Shown: positions 57,022 through 64,000 of the stretch, in pieces
How positions within the stretch are numbered: the stretch's first letter is position 1
How the letters are laid out: each line of letters begins with the position of its first letter
IMG/VR virus record: IMGVR_UViG_3300034072_000758
Coordinates: 372,001-436,000 of that record
Reading direction: 5' to 3' (one strand)
DNA: 64,000 nucleotides
Position numbers and translations under genes: made by a program
The notes under the pieces: generated by a model
Database searches by the model: none
Seen by the model: only the letters and a program-made list of their open reading frames with translations
What the model was told of the DNA's origin: nothing

Positions 57022-57324
57022 ATGTTAAAACTATCGACCGAAGTTCAAAACATTTTGTATAAGGCTGTAACGTTAGAAAACGAATACATGCCTACAGACT
57101 TAGAAATCACTACTTTGGGTGATTTTCTTCTGAATGTAGTCGAGCGCGCTCCCGATGCTGATTTTTTGGATCACCCGGAGATATTCGTCACGGTGTTTGA
57201 TTTGATGCTTAATTACACAAGTACAGTATGCCCCAATCATCCTCGTGTTCAATATATACGAGACCTGAAACAATTCTTTGAAGCACTTTGGAAAGACAAA
57301 AATGAAACTCGAAAAACTAATTAG
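57022..57324 (+). CDS. Hypothetical protein
   Basis: 100 aa. Confidence 0.55.
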   Translation: MLKLSTEVQNILYKAVTLENEYMPTDLEITTLGDFLLNVVERAPDADFLDHPEIFVTVFDLMLNYTSTVCPNHPRVQYIRDLKQFFEALWKDKNETRKTN

Positions 57325-57730
57325 TGACGCGAAAAAAGGTGACGCTCCGTCTCAGTATAGCATTGGTATGCTATATGGTTACGGTACGCCGCTGACGCCG
57401 GACTTTTCCGAAGCAATCTTCTGGTTTGAAAAAGCCAGAGAACAGGATCACGCTGAGGCCATTTATAATCTCGGTGCGATTTATCAGTTCGAAGAGAACT
57501 TCAAAAATCTGGAAATTGCTAATCAGTATTTCGAAGAAGCTGCCAAGCTGAAACACGATGTCGCTGCGTACAATCTCGGTCTGAACTATATGACCGGCCA
57601 CGGAGTTCGTAAGGATGACGAGAAGGCGAAGTATTGGTTCGAGCAAGCCATTTTGTTTGGCAATAAGGTTGCGGTAACTATGTTGGCGCAATTGAAAACA
57701 AATCCAACTTTTTATAAAAGAGTTGCTTGA
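57302..57730 (+). CDS. Sel1-like repeat protein
   Basis: Three A.Y.LG..Y..G...A..WFE.A repeats. Confidence 0.9.
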   Translation: MKLEKLISDAKKGDAPSQYSIGMLYGYGTPLTPDFSEAIFWFEKAREQDHAEAIYNLGAIYQFEENFKNLEIANQYFEEAAKLKHDVAAYNLGLNYMTGHGVRKDDEKAKYWFEQAILFGNKVAVTMLAQLKTNPTFYKRVA

Positions 57731-57755
57731 CAGATCAAAACTGTTGATATATAAC
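57727..57755 (+). promoter_or_regulatory. Sigma70-type promoter for the large ncRNA
   Basis: TTGACA-17-TATAAC directly before the first long stem. Confidence 0.55.
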
Positions 57756-57762
57756 CTTAGAC

Positions 57763-59074
57763 ATGGTGATGAACCGGTGACTTGAGCTTTGGTAAAGCTC
57801 GAATTTACCAGTTAAAGAGAATTAAGCTGGTCCCCGATTTGCTTAGTTCGACGGTTCATCATCATATTGAACTAAATTGGATGGAGAGGTTGCGGTAACG
57901 AGTCCCCAGAGTCATTTGACTCAGCCTTTGGACTTAACCCCGTCCGTGCTTTTCGGTGTGGTAGCTCAAGATTGACAAGAGCGTTCCATCCAATTTAGTT
58001 TAATTGGGTAAGTCTTCGGGCCTACCGTTGGGGGAAGGATCAACACGGCTGCTGGCATGTTCCAGACAGGTGCCTTCCCTTTTAAATTCGCTCGAAAGAG
58101 CAAAGAGATTGTTCGGTAGGATCAAATCTTGGGTGATCGTGCGCTGGTCATCATGAGATAAAAGACCGGGGGCTAGTCCAGCCTCAAGTATCGGTGAAAG
58201 TCCGATCCGAACAACCAAATTCTGTGCTTCGTTGCGAAAGCGAAGGGGATTGACAGTCAGTCCCTAGCCTCATTGGAGGTCATCACAGAACGTTACCCCA
58301 CGGTGAAATATACGTGTGGCAGAGGGAGAGAGCCAATTGCGAGGAAATGCGCGCCGGTCTTTCCCTCATATAATTCGCTTGAAAGAGCAAATAACAAGTT
58401 GGCCGCTCGCATGATCGTTCCGAGAGGTAAGAGCAAAGATCGGTAGATGTTTCTACCAAATTGACGCCAACAACCGAGAAAGAGGGAACTACGGGCCTAA
58501 CCAATCCGTAAATCTCTCAGTGAGTGGACAGGAGTTGCGGACGCCCTTGGTCGGGAAGGTCACAACTCCGAAGTTGCTCAAAGTTTGGGCCGAAAGGCCA
58601 TAGCCGCGTGGTGACGAACCAGTAAGTCGGCTACGAGTTTCACCGAGAATGAGGCTGGGTGTACCCGTAAGTCCTCTACTCTCTGGTGTTTAAAGTTGAA
58701 TACGGACGAGCGCCCTGTGCGCGAACAGGTGATGGGCGCAGCCCTAGAGGATGGCAACGTCCGCTATACCTTCGGGGAAGCATCGGTTGGTAGTGATTAA
58801 TCCAATCCGCTCGTGTTCTACTCTAAACATTTCGGGTGACTAACATTTAGGGCTGGGGTCGCTACCCAAATCCGGTGTTGGTGTACAATTAATGAACGGC
58901 AAACTAGACTTGTTTCAGTAATTCTTTGTGCTGGCTTATTTGATAGAGCAAACAGCCTGAAAACTAAATAGAATACTCCCTGTGTGATCTGGCACTGGCA
59001 GGATTGTGGTTGACAAGACCCACTCGGCGAGTCTAAATGGACAGGCATTTACGGTACGCCTACTTATTACCGTT
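57763..59074 (+). ncRNA. Large ornate structured RNA, GOLLD-like
   Basis: ~1.3 kb without a credible ORF; dense stems with GNRA/UUCG loops and long-range pairings; ends at tRNA-Ala. Confidence 0.75.
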
Positions 59075-59076
59075 AT

Positions 59077-59149
59077 GGGGCCATAGCTCAGTTGGTAGAG
59101 CACCTGCTTTGCAAGCAGGATGTCGTCGGTTCGACTCCGACTGGCTCCA
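59077..59149 (+). tRNA. tRNA-Ala(UGC)
   Basis: G3-U70; loop TTTGCAA. Confidence 0.95.
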
Positions 59150-59266
59150 CTCGAATTTTGTGATAGATCGCCCCATAGGGGATATGCGTCCGTCACAGAG
59201 TTCCGGGGTTTGGGCCGCTTCCTCTCAAAAAGAAAAAGCGGTCGCTTAAGTTTTCGGAGTTGCGTA

Positions 59267-59596
59267 ATGAACCGGGCAGAAGCATTACTTGGCACAAAGC
59301 CAAAAGTTCCTAATCAGGTTCCTCCCGAAGCTAAACAACATATTCATGAATGCATCAAAAACGCCATGAATAATGGCGACACATCCTGCTATATCAATGT
59401 CCACGATCACCGTGTTCCTATCAGCACACTCGATTTGGAAGTCATTGAAGTATACCTCAAAGCCGAAGGATATAGATGTCATGTCCATTCCTATACGGAT
59501 GAACATGGCAGCGATGATGTTCTAGTCATCAAATGGGGAGAAACTTTCTTCGAAAGAGTGAAAAGATGGTTCCGTTCTATCCAAGAAAAAAACTAA
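59267..59596 (+). CDS. Hypothetical protein
   Basis: GGAG RBS before ATG 59267. Confidence 0.65.
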   Translation: MNRAEALLGTKPKVPNQVPPEAKQHIHECIKNAMNNGDTSCYINVHDHRVPISTLDLEVIEVYLKAEGYRCHVHSYTDEHGSDDVLVIKWGETFFERVKRWFRSIQEKN

Positions 59597-59877
59597 AAGT
59601 ATATTACGGATACTACTACTCCAAAAGTCCCCAACCGGTGCGCGGGCGAAGATATTTGGGTTGGTATCGCCGGAATGCAACACGCTTTCATCGTATTTAC
59701 CGCGTAGTAGAAAGCGTTGCTACGCTTGATCCACCAATTCGTCCCGGTCTTCCCAGAATGTATTTTACGGTCAAGTATTCCGGTCGTGATTGGGATTACG
59801 GTGAATTGAATTGGACCAAAGAACAGGCCGATGAACGTTGGCTGAACAGAAGAAACGAAGGTGCTTGTTTCACCTGA
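59566..59877 (+). CDS. Hypothetical protein
   Basis: Basic/aromatic ORF; start uncertain. Confidence 0.45.
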   Translation: MVPFYPRKKLKVYYGYYYSKSPQPVRGRRYLGWYRRNATRFHRIYRVVESVATLDPPIRPGLPRMYFTVKYSGRDWDYGELNWTKEQADERWLNRRNEGACFT

Positions 59878-59879
59878 TA

Positions 59880-59986
59880 TGGGCTGCTTGGAGTTTAGCT
59901 GGGTTCGAATCCCGCTCGATCCACCATTAAGATTGGGTCGATGTCACCGGAAGACAAGAGCGGGTTCGAGTCCCGTCCAGTCCACA
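59880..59986 (+). ncRNA. Anticodon-less double tRNA-like (Ala minihelix) element with crossed acceptor stems
   Basis: Two T-arms; TCGATCC-A-CCA pairs with the downstream GGGTCGA (G3-U70); GGGCTG pairs with the distal CAGTCC. Confidence 0.6.
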
Positions 59987-59994
59987 CCCTTTAT

Positions 59995-60067
59995 GGGGCC
60001 ATAGCTCAATTGGTAGAGCGCAAGTATGGCATACTTGAGGTCGCCGGTTCGATCCCGGCTGGCTCCA
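59995..60067 (+). tRNA. tRNA-Ala(GGC)
   Basis: G3-U70; loop ATGGCAT. Confidence 0.92.
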
Positions 60068-60085
60068 CATTTATTAGTTGACAGC

Positions 60086-60113
60086 TTGACAACAAAATAA
60101 AACCTGTTACTCT
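60086..60113 (+). promoter_or_regulatory. Sigma70-type promoter
   Basis: TTGACA-16-TACTCT with extended TG. Confidence 0.6.
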
Positions 60114-60145
60114 CCTGAATAACTCTAATATCAGGAGAATAAAAT

Positions 60146-61045
60146 ATGGTACATCAACCCATGCGTGGTCCGCAAATCGGCTCCGTTTCCGACTACGACG
60201 ACTATGACGATTATGGCTATTCGGAAATGGATAGCTATGGCATCGTTCGTCGGCATCGCAGCCAAAAAGAAAATATCAACAATTCTAAATGGGTTGATCC
60301 TATTCACGGTGGTCGCCGAACGAAACAGTCCGATCCCTATTACTTCTCCGAATATTTCCTTTTCGGTCGTCACGGCGACATCAAGCAAAAGGGCGTCACT
60401 GGCGATTATAGTGATCGTCTGAGTGAATGGGATCGTCTTCGTTATGACTTTCTGATGCGCAAGCATGTGCCGAATGGTTGGATGCGCGCAAGTCCTAGCC
60501 AACTCGAACCCTTCCTGACCGAATATTTCGGGGTCTTCAAGAACATCAAGGTGGTGGCTCTGGCCGAAGGCTGTAAAATGAGCGGCTATAACTACTTCAT
60601 CGTCTGGTATACATACGAAGAAGTGGCCGAACGCTCGAAGCCGAAGATCAAGCGCAAGATTGAGGCTGAAAGGAACAAGCTCAAGGAAGCCGAAGATCAA
60701 GGCTACCGCAATTCCGATCTGGGGATGTACCTTAAGTCGGCGGTGCGGGCGCTGGTCAGCGCGGCTCGTCCTATGTTCGGTGGCAAGCCCAAGGTTCACT
60801 GGCGCATTGACGCTCGTATCAAGCGTCTGGAAGCCATGACTATCGATGATCGCAAGCGCAAGAAGGGTGAGTTCAACAAACTCGCTAAGCGCATCCTCAA
60901 GCTGCTGAACGACACCAAGGCGGACCTGACCGCTCAAAAGTCGTACTACAGTTCCGATCTGGACAAGGCGATTGAAACCGTCGAAACCAAGATCAAGGAC
61001 TACAATACGCCGGGGTATAACCCATACGCGCGGGGCGCAGAATAA
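60146..61045 (+). CDS. Hypothetical protein (probably two domains)
   Basis: AGGAG RBS; 299 aa. Confidence 0.7.
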   Translation: MVHQPMRGPQIGSVSDYDDYDDYGYSEMDSYGIVRRHRSQKENINNSKWVDPIHGGRRTKQSDPYYFSEYFLFGRHGDIKQKGVTGDYSDRLSEWDRLRYDFLMRKHVPNGWMRASPSQLEPFLTEYFGVFKNIKVVALAEGCKMSGYNYFIVWYTYEEVAERSKPKIKRKIEAERNKLKEAEDQGYRNSDLGMYLKSAVRALVSAARPMFGGKPKVHWRIDARIKRLEAMTIDDRKRKKGEFNKLAKRILKLLNDTKADLTAQKSYYSSDLDKAIETVETKIKDYNTPGYNPYARGAE

Positions 61046-61482
61046 TGATCGTCGGCGAGTTCAAAACCGCAACCGGCATGACGACCATCTTTCATGATGC
61101 GGATGGTTATCATGTCAACGCCGCTGGTCGAGAAGACATTCACGGGGCGATGACGGCGGATGCGGTCGTTCGTTATCTTTGCGGTGCTTTGATCAGCGCC
61201 AATCACAAGCTGGGTATTGACCAGTTTGAAGATATGGAAGCGTTCGAAGAAACCGATCCGGGGATCGAAGCTGCCGCCTCCTTCTATCGTCAATTGGGGG
61301 ATGGTGACGAAGTTTATTCATTTGTTCCTCTAAACGAAGTGTGTATCCGTGGTACTCCCGAACGGCTGAAAGCTCTAGGGGAGTTTCTGATCGAAAGTTC
61401 AACTATGAGTGACGATCACGCACATTTCCAAACTCAGGGCGGCGTCAAGCCCGATTTCGTTGTGGTTAAGTCAGATGAATGA
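61045..61482 (+). CDS. Hypothetical protein
   Basis: TAATG coupling. Confidence 0.6.
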   Translation: MIVGEFKTATGMTTIFHDADGYHVNAAGREDIHGAMTADAVVRYLCGALISANHKLGIDQFEDMEAFEETDPGIEAAASFYRQLGDGDEVYSFVPLNEVCIRGTPERLKALGEFLIESSTMSDDHAHFQTQGGVKPDFVVVKSDE

Positions 61483-61855
61483 AAAACTGGAAGCCAAACT
61501 TGCTTGGGAAAAACTCTGTAAGCAAGCAAATACCAATCCGGCCTATACGCGCGACGTTGTGTTATCGACGGATAACAGTTTCCGCATCGCGGCTAAATCG
61601 GCGGTCGATGATCGATACGCGGATTGCGTATCAATAGAAATTTCGCATGAGGGTGATCCCCAGATGGGTTGGTCTTATGCTCATTTCTCACCGGCCCGTG
61701 CGCGTCTGTTCGCTCACATGCTAATCGAACGTGCCGATGCGCTGGAAGCAAAAAACGGCGTAGAGATCATCGATACCGAAAGCCTACAAGATCAGGCGCA
61801 TCGTCTTCGGGTGGCGGTTGATGAAAAACGCCGAAAGCTGGGATTGTTGAAATGA
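61475..61855 (+). CDS. Hypothetical protein
   Basis: Start at ATG 61475, overlapping the upstream gene end. Confidence 0.6.
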   Translation: MNEKLEAKLAWEKLCKQANTNPAYTRDVVLSTDNSFRIAAKSAVDDRYADCVSIEISHEGDPQMGWSYAHFSPARARLFAHMLIERADALEAKNGVEIIDTESLQDQAHRLRVAVDEKRRKLGLLK

Positions 61856-62055
61856 AACATTCCGACTTTGAACTCAACATGGAGTTTCGATGCGGTGGTA
61901 GTGATTGGAAAGTCACCGACATCGGAACTCGCACAATTATTGCCATCAAACTTACGGGTACGATCAACGACCTAACGTGGCTTGCTGGTCCGCCATACGC
62001 TCTCGAAGAAGTAGTCTTCGATGAAAATGATTTCGCAGGATGTGAAGTAATATGA
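61852..62055 (+). CDS. Hypothetical protein
   Basis: ATGA coupling; W.VTDIGTRTIIAI. Confidence 0.6.
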   Translation: MKHSDFELNMEFRCGGSDWKVTDIGTRTIIAIKLTGTINDLTWLAGPPYALEEVVFDENDFAGCEVI

Positions 62056-62375
62056 AATTGATTATTCTTCAAGCTGAACACGCAGAAGCCGCAATCGCTA
62101 CTCGCATCGTAACTCTGGAATACGAGTCAAAAGAAGCTGTCGATAAGTTGATCGAAGGCTACCTAGCATCGGCCCCCAAGCCGTTTACTTGGCGCGAATA
62201 CCGAGCGACTACGCCGGAAGAACGAGCCAAAAGAAAAGAAGAACGGGAAAATTGGGCTAAAGCTCAACCCGATCTTCAAATCGGCAAAGCGAAATTCCCA
62301 GCCGAAGTTCTTGTAAGGGCTTCTACTTACGTGTATGATCTGAATGCGTTCTTCGAAGAGTTTAAGGAAGGTTAA
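62052..62375 (+). CDS. Hypothetical protein
   Basis: ATGA coupling. Confidence 0.6.
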   Translation: MKLIILQAEHAEAAIATRIVTLEYESKEAVDKLIEGYLASAPKPFTWREYRATTPEERAKRKEERENWAKAQPDLQIGKAKFPAEVLVRASTYVYDLNAFFEEFKEG

Positions 62376-62378
62376 TTC

Positions 62379-62648
62379 ATGTACCACTTCATCGCCCTAC
62401 TTCTCACGTTTCTTCACGTGATCATCGCCATCATTGTTGGTGGTATCGGTTCAGTTTTGTTCATGTTCAGGACAAAAAATTTCCGCGATCTGACCGCAAT
62501 GATTCTGGTCATCGGTGGCATCTATATGCTGATCGGGGCTATTTTCTTCCCGGTGTTTGCTATCGGTTCGTTCGCCCTGTTCTGGCCAGTTTACATCGTC
62601 ACCCTGTATCTTCTTCACATCAAGAAAGAAGACAATACGCTCACATAA
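62379..62648 (+). CDS. Small multi-TM membrane protein
   Basis: Hydrophobic; stop lies inside tRNA-Thr. Confidence 0.65.
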   Translation: MYHFIALLLTFLHVIIAIIVGGIGSVLFMFRTKNFRDLTAMILVIGGIYMLIGAIFFPVFAIGSFALFWPVYIVTLYLLHIKKEDNTLT

Positions 62649-62714
62649 GTTCAATTGGTAGACTATCTCCTTGGTACGGAGGCAGTAGGAGTTCGAGTCT
62701 CCTTGTGAGCACCA
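62639..62714 (+). tRNA. tRNA-Thr(GGU)
   Basis: GCTCACA/TGTGAGC acceptor; loop TTGGTAC; encoded CCA. Confidence 0.88.
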
Positions 62715-62741
62715 TAATCGTTATTCACAAGGATCACTCAA

Positions 62742-62909
62742 ATGATGATATTCACTTGGCTATTGTCAGCGGCTTCGCTAAACAATCAGGCACATCTTAG
62801 AAATTTGCCGAAGACCAAGATCGACCCAGCACCGAATGAGCATCCGGTTACGGAAACACCTCCAAAAAAGAAAAAGAGAGCTTGGTTCTCTTTGTTGGAC
62901 ACCGACTGA
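62742..62909 (+). CDS. 55-aa small protein
   Basis: AAGGA RBS; MMIFTWLLSAASL...KKKKRAWFSLLDTD. Confidence 0.45.
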   Translation: MMIFTWLLSAASLNNQAHLRNLPKTKIDPAPNEHPVTETPPKKKKRAWFSLLDTD

Positions 62910-62910
62910 T

Positions 62911-64000
62911 TCACACGAACCAGTCGGTTCCTTCTTTTGTATCCAATAGGGTGACGCCGCGTTCGGCCAAAGCATTCCGAATGATGTCCGCCATGACCCA
63001 ATCTTTACCGGCTCTTGCCAGATTGCGGTCGTAGATCAGACCTTCGATGATTTCACGCTCGTCCTTAGACACATTCTTGAACCAATCCTCGTATCGATGA
63101 TTGAGGACACCAAGCAATTGCGCAGCCGCAACGAACTCGGACTTGGTTTCCGGCTTCATCAAACTGGATAATTCAGCCAGAGCCAAAGGCGTATTCAGAT
63201 CATCATGAAGATGATCGAGGAATGATTGTGGCACCGGAACTTCGTGCGTGGTGAGCTTTGCCGTCTGGCGCAGGAAGGCATAGTAGCCATCCAGCCGGTT
63301 CTTCGTGGTTTGAAGAAGTTCTGGGGTCCAATTCAAGACGGTTCTATAATGCGCTGAGAGCAACGCCAAGCGCACGATTTCCCCATCCCATTCCTTTACG
63401 AGATCGTGGACCAACACGACATTCCCTACCGACTTGGACATCTTGCCGTTATTGGTCAGGAACTCGTTATGCATCCAGTAGCGGGAATACTCGTGATTAT
63501 GGCCGCAATGACCTTGAGCACATAACCCCTGAGAGATTTCATTCTCATGGTGCGGAAAGGCCAAGTCTATACCCCCGCCATGAATGTCGATAGGAAGACC
63601 CAGATTGGCTTCAATCATGGCCGAGCACTCAATGTGCCAACCGGGGCGTCCAGCACCCCACGGACTTTCCCAAGCCGGTTCACCGGGCTTCGACGGTTTC
63701 CATAGTACGAAGTCTTTTTGGTCGCGCTTATACGACACCTCACCGATCCGGCTTTCGGCTTCGTCATCCGAACCATTGGAGAAAACACCATGATCCGGGT
63801 ATGAATCCACGTCAAACAAAACGTGACCTTCCGACACATACGCATGGCCGTTCTTGATCAGACGCACAATCATGTCGATCATGGCCGGGATATGGTTGGT
63901 CGCCAGAGGTTCAATGGGAGGCCGTAGGACGCCCACGGAGGCCATGTCTTGACGATATATGTCCGTGTAGCGTTCAGCAATAACCTTGTAGTCCACGCCC
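62911..64000 (-). CDS. cysS: Cysteinyl-tRNA synthetase (N-terminus beyond the window)
   Basis: DFVLWK..WESPWGAGRPGWHIECSAM; DIHGGGIDLAFPHHENE; WMHNE; KMSKS; DDLNTP; ADIIRNAL. Confidence 0.96.
   Translation of the reverse strand, partial: GVDYKVIAERYTDIYRQDMASVGVLRPPIEPLATNHIPAMIDMIVRLIKNGHAYVSEGHVLFDVDSYPDHGVFSNGSDDEAESRIGEVSYKRDQKDFVLWKPSKPGEPAWESPWGAGRPGWHIECSAMIEANLGLPIDIHGGGIDLAFPHHENEISQGLCAQGHCGHNHEYSRYWMHNEFLTNNGKMSKSVGNVVLVHDLVKEWDGEIVRLALLSAHYRTVLNWTPELLQTTKNRLDGYYAFLRQTAKLTTHEVPVPQSFLDHLHDDLNTPLALAELSSLMKPETKSEFVAAAQLLGVLNHRYEDWFKNVSKDEREIIEGLIYDRNLARAGKDWVMADIIRNALAERGVTLLDTKEGTDWFV

Noticed and set aside
57763-59074. RNase P RNA, rRNA fragment, tmRNA or group I/II intron as the identity of the large RNA
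   Set aside because: No GAGGAAAGUCC/CGGCUUA P4 pair, no group I P7 or group II domain V motif recognised, no tRNA-like ends or tag ORF, and it does not interrupt a gene
58000-59295. Minus-strand ORFs across the large structured RNA
   Set aside because: Short, without RBS, atypical composition; the pairing pattern explains the region better
59880-59986. Complete two-piece tmRNA gene
   Set aside because: No room for a coding piece or tag ORF before tRNA-Ala(GGC); reported instead as a tRNA-like mimic
62778-63001. Minus-strand ORFs downstream of cysS
   Set aside because: The plus-strand 55-aa ORF 62742-62909 has an RBS and a convergent stop next to cysS, and is the more plausible gene
1-64000. 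Stop-codon reassignment
   Set aside because: Long conserved genes are uninterrupted in the standard code, TAA, TAG and TGA all end genes, and no suppressor anticodon was found among the 22 tRNAs
1-64000. CRISPR array or diversity-generating retroelement
   Set aside because: No regularly spaced repeats, no reverse transcriptase, and no adenine-specific template/variable repeat pair; the fibre repeats are exact duplicates

Overview
This 64-kb window is from a large lytic (jumbo, T4-like replication type) tailed phage genome in the standard genetic code. The host is probably an alphaproteobacterium; that is an inference from the CysRS and a GapR/DsbA-like gene. Contents: two virion fibre genes; replication genes (DNA ligase, ThyX, family-B DNA polymerase, sliding clamp, RNase H-like 5'-3' exonuclease, UvsW helicase, clamp-loader subunit, dNMP kinase, two separate DnaE-like fragments); a sugar-nucleotide/phosphodiester cluster; a tail-completion gene; and a large translation-maintenance toolkit (22 tRNA genes, CysRS, single-chain PheS-like ligase, Pth2, Pnk/phosphatase, small alarmone hydrolase). 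The most striking features are non-coding or too small for the ORF track. (1) Both tRNA operons have short translated leaders whose codons mirror the downstream tRNAs: MFAIREEREER before three tRNA-Glu genes, and a 46-aa leader whose first 32 residues use only the ten amino acids of the downstream array, followed by a terminator with a mutually exclusive antiterminator. This is a candidate tRNA-pool-sensing attenuation system. (2) A ~1.3-kb ornate, GOLLD-like structured RNA. (3) An anticodon-less double Ala-type minihelix with crossed (permuted) acceptor stems. (4) A multi-hairpin sRNA with an anti-Shine-Dalgarno loop. All calls were made by eye, without database searches or folding software.
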